Program-made: the position numbers and the translations under genes
In this document: piece by piece, positions 44,201 to 52,110 of the stretch
Position numbering within the stretch: the stretch's first letter is position 1
Layout: the number at the start of each line of letters is the position of its first letter
The notes under the pieces: model-generated
Told to the model about the DNA's origin: nothing
The model's database searches: none
Seen by the model: the letters and a program-made list of their open reading frames with translations, nothing else
DNA from: a virus
IMG/VR virus record: IMGVR_UViG_3300020413_000006
Location: 11,496 to 75,495 of that record
Reading direction: 5' to 3' (one strand)
DNA length: 64,000 nt

Positions 44201-47200
44201 AAGTAAATAATGGTTTGTAGATGTGTTTATTGTAGTAGTGTAGATGTCATCATACGCAGAAACCGCATTTGTAAGACTGGAGACAGTTACACCCTCAACT
44301 GTAGACACAGTTCCGCTAACTCCGTCTCCTCCAGTTCCTGTATTGTCAAATAACAGTCTATCGTTTACTTTATATTCTTTACCGCCACCTTCTACAAGAT
44401 ATTGATCTATTCCCGCTGATGAGTATTTGTTTGTTGCAGATACAACAAGAGAATCTGCTAAACCACCTCTAATAGTAGGATAGTAACTATAGTATCCAAT
44501 ACCATCTTCAAGATACGCTAGATTCTCTCCAGTCTCCATAACAATTAATGTTGTAGTATCTTCCATGGATAAGAAGAAGTCAACTTTGTTATCAAGTTCC
44601 TTTCTCTTCGCTACAATATTATCCACACCTATAAATGGTTCTCTGTAACGTATAGCGTCTTCTGTGAAGTTTTTCTGCAAACCATTTCCGTTCCAGTTTA
44701 CAGCAGCTGCTTCTCCGTAGAAATTAGGTCCTACAAAGTATGGAAACGCTGGTTCCCCTGCGGAACCTTTAATTGTAGCAAAATATGCATACACTCCATT
44801 TGGAAACTCTGGAGTGACGCAGAATCTACCATTATATTCATCTAAATCACCTAAACCTTGTACATATTCATAATCTTCAATATAAGTCCCTAGAGGGTCG
44901 TTGAGACCGCTTAGAAGGGCACTTCTACCATTCTTTACTCTATAACTACTAACTATCTGTTTATATGAGTTATATGGTGCTGCGTTCTCTGGATCAACGT
45001 AACCATAAGGTCCGTATATTGGGTGTCCATCAAATGCCCATCCAATAATAGGAGAGTGTGCTGTAGGGTTAAGTTCCGTAAGAGCAGAGCTGATATTATC
45101 CTTTGTAAGGAACCTAAGCTTCTTAGGGTTGTGCATATATCCATATTCCCCGCCATATATCAAATAGTTTTCACCTTGTATTGACGCACCACCCGCAGTA
45201 TCCGTAACTTTACGCTCTGTGAATGATGAACTTCCCAATTCTGCTTGTGTTGCAGCTTCATTAAATGATAATTCCGTAAGGTTGGTTTGGAATGTTGCAC
45301 CAGAACCAGGATAAACAATAGTCACTGTAGTAGCACCAGCTGTATATCCCGCACCTTTGTTCGTAACATTAACAGAAGTAACAATATTTGTACCACTATC
45401 AACAACAGCAAACGCGGTAGCACCAACTCCATCACCTGTAATGATGACATCAGGTGCACCATAATATCCAGTACCACCAAATGTGACGATTATACTTTCT
45501 ATCTTTCCATTTAATATTGATGGATACGCAACAGCACCGCTACCAGTAATCAAATCAATAGTTGGTTCAAATGTATATTGACTTCCTGCATCAGTAATTG
45601 TGATTGTATCTACAGGTCCTCTACAGATTGCTGTAGCAGTAGCACCGCTTCCTCCTCCACCAGTCAGTGTGACAGTTGGAATACTTGTATATCCAGAACC
45701 ACCTTGCACCACATTAATACCAGTAACTGCACCATCAGTGATTTGTGCTGTAGCAGATGCTTGATTATCTGATGTAGCTCCACCACCAGTAATAGAAACA
45801 ACTGGTTGAGTTATGTATCCTGTACCACCGTCAGTAACGTTGACTGCTGTTACGGATCCTGTAACAGTTACAGTCGCTGCAGCGGACTCACCTTCATATG
45901 TCCAGTTAACAGTTCCGAGTGTCACTGTACCAAGTGTATGAGTAGGATGTGTTGTGGTAGAAGTTACACCAGCAGTATCCGCAACGTATCTGTTTCCATT
46001 ATATTTTACTCTAGTTGATGATGCATATGTTGCACCTAATTTATGATCTGCTTCAAATTGTACTGTGGGTGGGTTTGTAATGTCGTATCCTTCACCACCA
46101 GTGGTCTTAGTAATTGATAATAGACCACCATACTTCTTAATACCCTCTCCTTTGTATGAAAAGAAAGGAACTCCGTTTACACCAAGACCAACTTGTCCTA
46201 CAGGAGTTGCAGTCTTTGTACTTTTGACTGAGGGTGTGATTGGAATGCGTTTTAAGTACCTTTGGTTGCCTGGCACTAAATCAGTGGAAGCAAAAGGTCC
46301 TATCTTATGAGTTGGTATACCTGTACTAGCAACAATGACGTCTGATGCGGATTTGTAAGTATTTTGTACGTCTCCTGTGAATTTATTGACTGCATTGTCG
46401 ATTGAACCATAATCACTCTTTCCAAATGCAAATTCTCTTGCAATATAAAACTCATAACCACTTATGCCATTAGCAGGGGTTGTAGTAAAGTTGAATTCAA
46501 AAGTAAAGTCATCAACAATACCTACAACATCGTGATTATTGTTATAGATGTCCTCAGGTGCATTTAGGATTCTAATTACGTCATCTCTGACCAATCTATG
46601 CTTCTCTTTAGTAGTTACGGTACATTTTACCGAACCATCAGCATTGATGCTTCCTAGGGTCGCTGAGTCGCCTCTGAGAGCACGTCTGACATTATAGATG
46701 AAGCTATCATATATTGGATCAAGACTATCGAAGCCAGGTGCAGTGGGTGTGGTGACTTTTGAGTCTGGTAAGTAATATCTTCCACCATCATTAAGTGTAA
46801 CCCCTCTAGTTCCACCAAATACCTTTAATTGTATCTCTGATCCGTCTATATTAGAATTACCGTAGATTTTAAACGCAGCAAACACTTCTTGTCCTGCATC
46901 ATGGGCAACATTGACTGTATTTTCCCTAGCACGACTACATCCTAAGAATTGAGTAACAGTTTTGTCGGTATAAGTGATTATTTCGTCTTCTAATCTAAAT
47001 CTACCGTTTTGTTGTGGCCATCCTAGTGTAGAATCAACTGTTACTACATCATCTATTAAATTAGCACCTAAATCCGAAGATAATACAGTTTTATACGGTG
47101 TAACAAATGCACCAGATGAATTATTAGTATCTACGTCAATTTCAAAGATAGATCCTTGAGGAGTAAAGACTTCTACAACTCCTTTTACGTAAATACGTGC

Positions 47201-48073
47201 TGCTTCAACATCAGAGTCTGTTGCATCTGCTTCTTGATACAATACTTGACCTACAAGTGCAATAGGATCTCCAGAAACAGGAACTGCACGAATTACTTCT
47301 CTAGAAGTGAAGTATGCATCGGATGGTTTGAATATTCTGTCTCGTGGATAAGACACTTGAGAATCAACGCCAAAAAGTGACCTCAATACAAATTGGAAAG
47401 ACCTTGTAGAACCCTTAGAAGCGTAAAAATCTTTAATTCTCTTAATTATTGTACTTTCTGTAACTCCAGTTGCAAAATTCTTTGGATATGTTGATAAAAA
47501 CTGCTCTTTGAACTTCCCTAACATGTAAAGTGGGAAAATATTGTTCAAATTGACAACTGTAGCACCAATTGCGTGACTTGCAGCTACTGTAGACTCAAAT
47601 TTATACTCATTTTCCAATCCAACTGCCTTTACAGCGTTAAATCCGCGTGCACATGTTTGAAATAGTGTAGATCCTTTACTTTGGTAGTAAATTATCTCAT
47701 CACCAATCAATAAAAGTCCTTCACTAGGAAAATCACGTGTAGATTCGACGTCAATTGTTGTAGAAGACGTTGTGACAGCAGAAATTAGCGTTGTTTCAGT
47801 TACAAGTTCTCCATATTGGTCAATATTATAGTAATCACCCCAGTTTTGGATGATGTCAATGCAATATCCTTTTAATTCTTGTGATTTATAGTACTCTTTT
47901 ACAAATTCTATGAATGTGGGGAAGTTTTCCTGTATGAAACTAGGAAACTGTGCTTGTATGTTCGTAGATATCTTCGATCTCGACTCAGGACTAACCTCCG
48001 ACGGTACAGGCGTTGCTGTAACCGTGGTGGTCGGGGTAGTCCACGACCCAACTTTCCAACTACTATTTGTCAT
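35288..48073 (-). CDS. gp7: Baseplate wedge initiator gp7-like giant protein (4261 aa) with many inserted domains
   Basis: Lies between gp6 and gp8. Motifs: QFPSFIQE..P.FIEF.KEYY, IKRIKDFY.SKG...SF....R.LF, FQEFSY....HPAGFK. Inserted YHYH-like, CBM-like and repeat modules. Confidence 0.85.
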   Translation of the reverse strand: MTNSSWKVGSWTTPTTTVTATPVPSEVSPESRSKISTNIQAQFPSFIQENFPTFIEFVKEYYKSQELKGYCIDIIQNWGDYYNIDQYGELVTETTLISAVTTSSTTIDVESTRDFPSEGLLLIGDEIIYYQSKGSTLFQTCARGFNAVKAVGLENEYKFESTVAASHAIGATVVNLNNIFPLYMLGKFKEQFLSTYPKNFATGVTESTIIKRIKDFYASKGSTRSFQFVLRSLFGVDSQVSYPRDRIFKPSDAYFTSREVIRAVPVSGDPIALVGQVLYQEADATDSDVEAARIYVKGVVEVFTPQGSIFEIDVDTNNSSGAFVTPYKTVLSSDLGANLIDDVVTVDSTLGWPQQNGRFRLEDEIITYTDKTVTQFLGCSRARENTVNVAHDAGQEVFAAFKIYGNSNIDGSEIQLKVFGGTRGVTLNDGGRYYLPDSKVTTPTAPGFDSLDPIYDSFIYNVRRALRGDSATLGSINADGSVKCTVTTKEKHRLVRDDVIRILNAPEDIYNNNHDVVGIVDDFTFEFNFTTTPANGISGYEFYIAREFAFGKSDYGSIDNAVNKFTGDVQNTYKSASDVIVASTGIPTHKIGPFASTDLVPGNQRYLKRIPITPSVKSTKTATPVGQVGLGVNGVPFFSYKGEGIKKYGGLLSITKTTGGEGYDITNPPTVQFEADHKLGATYASSTRVKYNGNRYVADTAGVTSTTTHPTHTLGTVTLGTVNWTYEGESAAATVTVTGSVTAVNVTDGGTGYITQPVVSITGGGATSDNQASATAQITDGAVTGINVVQGGSGYTSIPTVTLTGGGGSGATATAICRGPVDTITITDAGSQYTFEPTIDLITGSGAVAYPSILNGKIESIIVTFGGTGYYGAPDVIITGDGVGATAFAVVDSGTNIVTSVNVTNKGAGYTAGATTVTIVYPGSGATFQTNLTELSFNEAATQAELGSSSFTERKVTDTAGGASIQGENYLIYGGEYGYMHNPKKLRFLTKDNISSALTELNPTAHSPIIGWAFDGHPIYGPYGYVDPENAAPYNSYKQIVSSYRVKNGRSALLSGLNDPLGTYIEDYEYVQGLGDLDEYNGRFCVTPEFPNGVYAYFATIKGSAGEPAFPYFVGPNFYGEAAAVNWNGNGLQKNFTEDAIRYREPFIGVDNIVAKRKELDNKVDFFLSMEDTTTLIVMETGENLAYLEDGIGYYSYYPTIRGGLADSLVVSATNKYSSAGIDQYLVEGGGKEYKVNDRLLFDNTGTGGDGVSGTVSTVEGVTVSSLTNAVSAYDDIYTTTINTSTNHYLLVGDQVTVDVTDNANTRTLFSKIISNKYHFKYFDLQSLKLLSAWTMSTAYNKEDLVYVDNRVYKAADTGTSDSSSGNAPTHTSGTVTDGTLTWTYVRTRTDGNLYQGGWNSITGGSGYANGTYVNVPITTSGSGIGGQATIVVSGNAVTAVTITSTGTGYNVGDTISAADINLGNAGGSSFSITLTQTQREAVCHTNLAHQVNIGDTVNISGVSPTSYNKTDYTVIRTETLRRFTIKSNFATPAAANVTTAEVYVQEAKLQLIDGHSYTFDTTDSSNAGKKLAFTFDPANTDIFTYKNVTSEVLDSVTSEQNSITIKITGLPGIFYYFDLQGAITGSYFTTINDPVIGTNTVTEKTDTTFKYITALEPEAGYTVGVSYASNSIYATGGIKTITVGDPGRNYSSLPKFNGTTRSGSGATAVATISGILSSVSITNDGSGYNPSSLPNGVVTLPDFVDLTLQNVFGSFVPNEIVISQETQGNQTARAQVISWNPVNSVLRIKPLQNTRTGAGNKGYIMFSTGTAATNNVYSSDSQGSIQAISGTQAIVATAVSGGGKLSSVTVTNAGSNYRSAPSVVFDDPYYGSVATVSLTSQPAGNGTFTATTTTTGVTQSTVSPVGGSGATFTFTTDGNGRIDTVSVTGGGSTYSLGDVITFDGTKLPGGDSTEDFTITIQTLSHADPATISTIINASIDTVTVTNGGSGFLSAPTISVSGGNGINAVLNATIQNQSVTSIGIEAAGIQYQSAPVINIEQKTGTGASILLKSSDLGKILKISGDNITYNYSHDRTLKPSLNTTYNLQLIRTQVIDYIDVVNGGSNFVSQPEIVLTGGQGSLFALKPIIENEVIQAVTVENPGRGFTSAPTVTAKVSHSFVGLQSSSTLNFPYNAKIPSGTQVTLIETTGQFPEPLATNTVYYAIAATTANGLADNQIRLASSLANANTETFINFTSAPVGDISTGQTAFTLETIDLGDVINAYMKPATFSIGERIYQGASTSSFTAYGFVKNWDASGRVVSVEIIEGEFKIGEPVFGEETAAFGQIHTFTRADAVFDVSPISISASGWERTTGFLDLNEQRVYDSNRFQEFSYDVSSSININDWKNPLKFAAHPAGFKVVGTQVLSQSVKKDYRSRPNLNLSAGNDTDWWQSTTNSIGTTFNGTTFVTPKPSARNTGKLSVINNFALAKPDYTAAVPTEVSVFGRQLLDIQKILSCIVYKIDDISDRSITFDASSSSIVDVSNNRLTLTNHGLLEGQRVTYKAGGDRFQDARDLIIANIDHIVEETIGALNAAYPSLNYSGATCARDTRLVIAAWANDLKYGGNYFTLAATNSYVGGVVSQGNAYIDAGNLLKDNKNLIAAEAVYQMLQDGTVGIPSGFAGVPGGDQNCIDDIVDVVEAIAYNLTYGANSEVWDAANLYVNTVHLDNEETQAIWAFNKAKELAASIIINQDITITGNHGYTQVKNTGVTFDAAICATVDSAMDTLFNIVTTAISSDSLSTVTRTNPANYIAHIAGEETETIFAFNKARDLCNLAVTNSLPAGTYTTIVPTTDLSITTDSGGCTDVKSAITTLSGIITNGIDNPSTLPTSNTGNYPNNRTGTAIGGISNNGTYYVKYVDANNIELATTEGGNAIDLTAVGTGVGHTIRMYIDGVNDTFLLRTNGIAIGTQIGKTAAKSQLLVITNGLVTNPATYTFANNSITFLTPPLDGTEVLAMYYDRQTYSGSFQLDQIGDELKAFDVTNGLTPGSGYSDGTYTNVPLKNNLGSGTGGTADITVTNGSVSNVVLNAAGNGYTSNDVLGISDARVGEQLVKHFIPTNGTYDPATGSMVLTIGSGHGLLAPTTHTASTATYDPNTGLMVVTINSHGFVNGDQVKFADSSITFSCGFGGATGAAAEKAYPRSTDYASDRWLQVFDVTANTFTVQILDTIPSTNVDPHTFVSAVSNGIKKAVSTVRIANESLQFSCGYNGGGTASYPRATDPLGTQGKMRDIPVEAIATTTIEVNALNGTAPTNTDAHTWVGLSTYQFQPTGITYTPVDGKMVLTKTSHGMIKGDRIQFANNSLTFTCGLDNNSTNHTYPRVGDPAEGAWLTIDEVTNDTFTVYVGVSSDTSTHTFVSATSTAVTRAVVSYGVYAYSKGADAASLMRTNQEFIATTAYGRMMANNAGFSSSYQVKCIRDTKILIDAVSDNVEFGGNDATYDAASLYVSTVHLADEEAESIQVFNHARDICREVMRNLTVTTNSYTVGTQIKDNTISNDSGSTSYSTACCIDVASTISTLWNIVTTAVGSGTHQWAGGTASNAVQSGGNYAHTFVSAVANGVTSNVGNLPNPVTNVAYTPSSGNMVITSNGHGLSTSNTLTIADNALSFTCAMDGNTATKTYPRSTDPVSGQTITITNTSTNTITVNVGASPIVNHNVTDASYVPSTGVLVLTIGSGHGLTAGTSIKIAANSLTFTCARDNYATNHTYPRSTDPFYDTAINLTSVDTTTITMNVGTTGDLSGITRTSASQPYFQIGVDTVTFDGTDTTFTAQVGGSTQVLPASDNFLIFLNSTFQVKGTTESYTYTGSTLTFNEPPVPGMDFYGFYLGKLTLLDEIAPFFDSSKKTFVMKSETEPFSLESDNPSVEAQNNLLIFLNGIYQEPGVAYSLTGSIIEFSEAPRAGSTCNMFIFTGSSADVLISNTFNALDIGDRLQIASEGSDRSIAKISSSITIDSYEYTGLKPTTAVFVATVVNGVVTQVNITDPGSNYEVPPILVFTGGGGEGAFAETVIEQGSGKVLDVINLNGGAGYTQGTPTVNPTHPMAIERKQRNRIISNSKNLANSYLTSTLSQSGTTINLKNVWYNSSQKNGFPDEGEVLIPFYDTTVTPNRWNAERILFGAKDVSGNTLTVATGGRGYLGTTAAEHAVITGTYSSSGTACTVTTSSNHFFSTGQTIYLDFTSGTGFDGTYIVTVTGATTFTVEFPFSRTTSGNVSLLPEVRLRSL

Positions 48074-48075
48074 TC

Positions 48076-49932
48076 TTAGTATTGATAGCTAGATTCTGGA
48101 AGCACTCCTGTTCCAGAAAGATTTGATCCACTACTGATAGTATCTTCTAATACACTAACAGTCGTATTATCTATACCTAGTGTCAGATAGGTTTCTCGTA
48201 AAGAAATCAAATCGTTCGACTTGGGGCATGCAGATATTTGTAATTGATTATTAGTAACAGATGTAGACTGAATAATCAAGTCATTAATTACAATTTCACC
48301 CATGTCATAGTCTATGGTTCCCCATAGTCCATCCACATACTCAAACTCACCAGTTCCTTTTACATAATACAAGCGTAATGTACCCGCACCATCATCATTT
48401 AGATAATACGTATTAATGTCATCGCCCACAATCTTGAAACCAGACGAAGAAACTGAAGGTTTCGTTGATGTTTGCTGATTGATTCTGTTTCCATAACATA
48501 TTTTGTAGTTAACACGAGCGTTGAGTTCGACTGTTACGTTCTTTCTCATCTTTACACGTGTTATATTAGATGTTATTGATGTCTCTGCATCATCAATTAT
48601 CTTTTGTAACTTGGAAAACTTGAACTTTCCACCAAATTTGTTAAATTCTGCACTCGCATTAAGTGTAGTTAACGCTGCAATGATGATATTCTTAACCTCT
48701 GATGGTTCTCTACGTGTAACATTAGGGTTGAAGTAAGCAAAAGTGGTCAAATCAATGTAAAGTATGCTCGGATCAATGATAGTAGGTTGAATTGCAGCTA
48801 CAGAATACTCTCTCAACTTCTTCAAAATGGCATTTTTCTCAGAAAGTGATAATTTATCAGCATTTTTTGGTTTGATTGCCAAAAATACCTTACCATACTC
48901 AGGTGGTTCTGCTTCTTCACCACCATAACATGCTATAGAACTTACGTTTGCGTAAATTTGAGGCACTATCGCTTCATAATCACGTGTAGAAACTGCTCTA
49001 CCGAACGCAGAATAGAATTTAGGAGCAGCAAACTTGATAGATTCTGTACTTTCTGCAGATGCACCTCCATCTGGGAAGCTTGTAACTGAAATTGTGATGC
49101 CAGAAGTGATCGCATTTAGATTATTATCTCTAAACGTACCAATATTATTAAAAACTTTCAGTCCATTTGCACCTGTTCCTGTTGAAGTTGCGTATTTTAC
49201 GTCAACAACATCACCATTAGCAAGGTTTTTACCAATAATACCGTCACCAAATAGAACTTCGGGTATCTCATACTCACTTTCCTCCAAGAAGAATACCTTA
49301 GAGTTAGCATCTATCTTTGTAATATCAGTCGCTTGTAAATATTTCTCTGTAATTGTACCAGAAGTCACCTCTACTATCATGGAGGAGGTGTCTGCATTTT
49401 CATTAGTCAATATAAATCTCTGTCTCTGACTAGTGTTCTTAACAAAAGTGTCTGTAAGGAACAGTCCTTCACTCAAAACTATATTAGAAAACGTTGCGAT
49501 ACCTGTTAAACTGTCTACAGATACTGTATTATCAGTCGGAAGAGAGAAAACAAAGTTGTTATTATCCAATCCTGTGAAGTTTAGTACCAATCCTGCTGCC
49601 ATTGTGACAGTTATAGGGTATGGAAACACTGTTTGAATCGAAATATCGACTGTACATGTTGCACTTCTTGCACTTTTTGGTGTATAACCAAGCATACGAG
49701 CAAGTTTTACAACATTTTCACGTAAAACTGCCGTTTCAAGGAACCCTTCGTTGACAGCAAGGTTCGCATTGACTGCTGTATAGTACGTATTATACGCAAG
49801 CGAGTCTAAAAGTACTGTAAGAGATGATCCTTCAAAGTCATAATCACTAAATTGTGACTGAGATCGTAAATATTCTTTAATTTGTGCCTTGATCTCGTTA
49901 AATTCAAGAGCATTAACTTGGTTGAATGCCAT
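48076..49932 (-). CDS. gp6: Baseplate wedge subunit gp6
   Basis: F..IK..IKEYL..Q..F.DYDFEGS.L..LLD.LAYNTYY, LGYTPKSA, RAVS.RDYE, PPEYGKVF. Confidence 0.95.
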   Translation of the reverse strand: MAFNQVNALEFNEIKAQIKEYLRSQSQFSDYDFEGSSLTVLLDSLAYNTYYTAVNANLAVNEGFLETAVLRENVVKLARMLGYTPKSARSATCTVDISIQTVFPYPITVTMAAGLVLNFTGLDNNNFVFSLPTDNTVSVDSLTGIATFSNIVLSEGLFLTDTFVKNTSQRQRFILTNENADTSSMIVEVTSGTITEKYLQATDITKIDANSKVFFLEESEYEIPEVLFGDGIIGKNLANGDVVDVKYATSTGTGANGLKVFNNIGTFRDNNLNAITSGITISVTSFPDGGASAESTESIKFAAPKFYSAFGRAVSTRDYEAIVPQIYANVSSIACYGGEEAEPPEYGKVFLAIKPKNADKLSLSEKNAILKKLREYSVAAIQPTIIDPSILYIDLTTFAYFNPNVTRREPSEVKNIIIAALTTLNASAEFNKFGGKFKFSKLQKIIDDAETSITSNITRVKMRKNVTVELNARVNYKICYGNRINQQTSTKPSVSSSGFKIVGDDINTYYLNDDGAGTLRLYYVKGTGEFEYVDGLWGTIDYDMGEIVINDLIIQSTSVTNNQLQISACPKSNDLISLRETYLTLGIDNTTVSVLEDTISSGSNLSGTGVLPESSYQY

Positions 49933-50321
49933 TATGGTTTAAATGCAATACTAACATCATCAATTTTAGGAGCAAGTCCTAAGATAAGATATGATACACT
50001 AACGTTTAGTTCATTGCGATTCTCTTCCCAGTCTGCTATAACTTCGTAGACTGCAACCCTTGGTTCATGTATTTGTATAGCTTCAGTGATTCTTTCTTCA
50101 ATCTCTGTTGCTAGACCGTTTGTGTAATTCTCAAATAAGAGTCCAATGATATTACCACCAAAGGTAGGATCAAAAGGTTTCTCATAAAAGTTGTATAATA
50201 CTATATTCTTGACTGCTGCTTTGATGGCTGCTTCATTCTTGAGTGACAAAACATCGTTTGTAACTGCATTCTTTTCAAATGTTAAAGAGAAGTCTCTAAA
50301 TGACTTCGATACCAATGCCAC
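49932..50321 (-). CDS. gp25: Baseplate wedge subunit gp25
   Basis: D.SL.F..N.VTND...KNE.AIK.AV.N......EKPF.P.FG....LFE...EPRV. Confidence 0.92.
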   Translation of the reverse strand: MALVSKSFRDFSLTFEKNAVTNDVLSLKNEAAIKAAVKNIVLYNFYEKPFDPTFGGNIIGLLFENYTNGLATEIEERITEAIQIHEPRVAVYEVIADWEENRNELNVSVSYLILGLAPKIDDVSIAFKP

Positions 50322-50348
50322 TTTTGTGTCAATATAGTGCTATCAATA

Positions 50349-50356
50349 TATTTATA
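50349..50356 (-). promoter_or_regulatory. T4-type late promoter TATAAATA
   Basis: Exact consensus about 28 nt upstream of the gp25 ATG. Confidence 0.75.
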
Positions 50357-50501
50357 CTCGTTTTTTTGGTTTTCTATCAGAACGTGGGTCTGTGATTAGA
50401 TATCTGCAATATTCATTCCCATTATCGTAGAAATCATCTGACATATCTACGGGAATATTTGCATTTCTACAACCATCTACGATTCTATTTGCCTTGGCCA
50501 C
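50352..50501 (-). CDS. Small hypothetical protein (49 aa, GTG start, MAKANRIVDG...YLITDPRS)
   Basis: GTG at 50501 overlaps the end of the upstream small ORF; the longer track start would overlap that ORF extensively. Confidence 0.55.
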   Translation of the reverse strand: MAKANRIVDGCRNANIPVDMSDDFYDNGNEYCRYLITDPRSDRKPKKRV

Positions 50502-50622
50502 GATACCTCTTCTTTGCTTTGTTTCTTGATGTAGCACTATACTTCGTGTGTTGTCCACGACCTTGTGCTGATTTCTTTGGTTTCGATTCAATACTGTTTC
50601 CAGTGTTCCATGTCATTGCCAT
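50485..50622 (-). CDS. Small basic protein (45 aa, ...KPKKSAQGRGQHTKYSATSRNKAKKRYRGQGK)
   Basis: Not in the ORF track. ATG lies just after the PAAR stop. Resembles the K/R-rich 'YRGQG' peptides that follow PAAR in T4-like phages. Confidence 0.75.
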   Translation of the reverse strand: MAMTWNTGNSIESKPKKSAQGRGQHTKYSATSRNKAKKRYRGQGK

Positions 50623-50624
50623 AA

Positions 50625-50930
50625 TTAATTGTTGTTTGCGAATACTGTTGGACTTCCCCCAGTCATTGCTCCTGCATCGGCACTATCGCCAATACGAGCA
50701 ACTTTAACTCCTGCCACATATACATTGGGGGATCCTGCATTTACTGTAGCAACATGTGGAGCACACGCTGGTACAGGTGGAAAGGGGTGTGATACAGTCG
50801 GGTCTCCTACTCTTGCGATAAGGATGCCATCTGCATAGACAGTTGACTGAGAAGGGGTAGAGAGCGTGGTCGATCCTGCACAAGCGTGACCTGTGGAAAG
50901 ACTATCTCCCTTTCTTGATACTGCTGCCAT
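50625..50930 (-). CDS. PAAR-repeat spike tip protein (T4 gp5.4-like)
   Basis: Three R.GD repeats (SRKGD, ARVGD, ARIGD), His/Cys metal ligands and GSP.V motifs. Confidence 0.92.
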   Translation of the reverse strand: MAAVSRKGDSLSTGHACAGSTTLSTPSQSTVYADGILIARVGDPTVSHPFPPVPACAPHVATVNAGSPNVYVAGVKVARIGDSADAGAMTGGSPTVFANNN

Positions 50931-51015
50931 AATGGTTGCGATGTGTGCGAAAGGTCTGCTAACTTGCGTGCTAACGCAGACATATAAGTAACAGGTTTAT
51001 GTTCCATTCTCCTAT

Positions 51016-51198
51016 TTATCCTTTGAGACCAACGCGGGGTTTACGGGGTTTTTTCCTACGTCGTTTACCAAAGAACTTCTGATAGATCGGTCTGACTAAA
51101 AACAAATCTAATATCTCAAACAAGAATACAAGCCCTAGAAAGGTTACTACCCCTGCTAGAATCGTATACTCAAATAGTTTACCAATTAGTATCTTCAC
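51016..51198 (-). CDS. Small membrane protein (60 aa)
   Basis: One hydrophobic helix followed by a basic tail. Confidence 0.6.
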   Translation of the reverse strand: MKILIGKLFEYTILAGVVTFLGLVFLFEILDLFLVRPIYQKFFGKRRRKKPRKPRVGLKG

Positions 51199-51406
51199 TT
51201 TCAGTCAAAGTCCCGACAGTATGTTCTACTATCTCAGTAATGGTCTTATCATGTTCAACTACAACATCGACAAGTCTCTCATAGTCGCCATCCATAGTTC
51301 TCTTCATCATAAGTTTAGAGTTTGCTACCTTTCTCTCTAATACATCTAACCTCTCCAATATCTCATCATACCTTCTATCTGTATGTGTGAAGTAATCGCC
51401 TGACAT
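51179..51406 (-). CDS. Hypothetical protein (75 aa)
   Basis: AGGAGG Shine-Dalgarno immediately upstream. Confidence 0.75.
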   Translation of the reverse strand: MSGDYFTHTDRRYDEILERLDVLERKVANSKLMMKRTMDGDYERLVDVVVEHDKTITEIVEHTVGTLTESEDTNW

Positions 51407-51414
51407 GAATCCTC

Positions 51415-51591
51415 CTAATCTTGTTTTATGTCAAAGTGCCATCTGATATGTTTAATGTAATCAAATGTATCTCCTATGTCCTTATCGCAGTCTATGTCGT
51501 ACTTTCTATCGCAGAGATACTTACGTAAATCGTAGATACTGTCATATGTACCTACTTCGTCGAAAGAATCGTCATACAGAACGTAACGCAT
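51415..51591 (-). CDS. Hypothetical protein (58 aa, MRYVLYDDSFDEVGTYDSIYDLRKYLCD...)
   Basis: Not in the ORF track; lies directly downstream of a perfect sigma70 promoter. Confidence 0.75.
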   Translation of the reverse strand: MRYVLYDDSFDEVGTYDSIYDLRKYLCDRKYDIDCDKDIGDTFDYIKHIRWHFDIKQD

Positions 51592-51617
51592 AAGAGAAAA
51601 AGAGATGTATATTATTT

Positions 51618-51646
51618 ATTATATATTGAGATCAACACATTGTCAA
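51618..51646 (-). promoter_or_regulatory. Sigma70-type promoter TTGACA-17-TATAAT
   Basis: Perfect -35 (51641-51646) and -10 (51618-51623) with a 17-nt spacer. Confidence 0.85.
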
Positions 51647-52110
51647 GTACAAACATATCCTACAACATTGTCTGGTAGACCATCTAATCTTACCATGTCT
51701 TCTATCTTATCTGCATACATCAATACCTTATCAATACGCTCTTGCATATTCACTGCTATCTTCTCTTTCTTCCACTTAGTGTATGCTTCCTTCTGACACC
51801 AGAGACTATAGAAGGTCTCTTTGTTGTCTGTAACTTCGTGAATGTCAAAGTATCTCTTAGTTATCTTCTCAAAAGGACGTTCTTTCATATATTCAATATC
51901 TACACCAACGTTCTTTGTGGATACTGCAACTACTGTATGACTATCAGTGTCTGACTTGTTCCAATATATCTGTACAGGTTTCTTACAGTTCAACGTATAG
52001 TTCGGTAAGAAATCTTTGATGGCGGTTTTGACTAGGTTATCAGTAGACGCAATCGTATTACTGTAAAGGTATACTGAGGTGGTTTTGTTGGAAAAAATCT
52101 TAGAGGGCAT
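51643..52110 (-). CDS. 4'-phosphopantetheinyl transferase (compact Sfp/AcpS superfamily)
   Basis: WNKSDT (FNxSHS-like), VGVDIE and FY.LWCQKEAYTK (WxxKEAxxK). ATG at 52110 is preferred as start. Confidence 0.85.
   Translation of the reverse strand: MPSKIFSNKTTSVYLYSNTIASTDNLVKTAIKDFLPNYTLNCKKPVQIYWNKSDTDSHTVVAVSTKNVGVDIEYMKERPFEKITKRYFDIHEVTDNKETFYSLWCQKEAYTKWKKEKIAVNMQERIDKVLMYADKIEDMVRLDGLPDNVVGYVCT

Noticed and set aside
6193-48073. Inteins or introns as the explanation for the giant ORFs
   Set aside because: No HINT (C/S...HN) or LAGLIDADG motifs were seen. The frames are uninterrupted and the inserts are structural modules.
6200-50838. Numerous 60-200 aa plus-strand ORFs and off-frame minus-strand ORFs within structural genes
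   Set aside because: They are antisense or frame shadows of long Gly/Thr/Ser-rich genes, with no Shine-Dalgarno or recognisable motifs
50807-51007. 66-aa ORF overlapping the PAAR gene
   Set aside because: It overlaps PAAR by 124 nt, the Shine-Dalgarno spacing is poor and it has no recognisable motif; probably leader sequence
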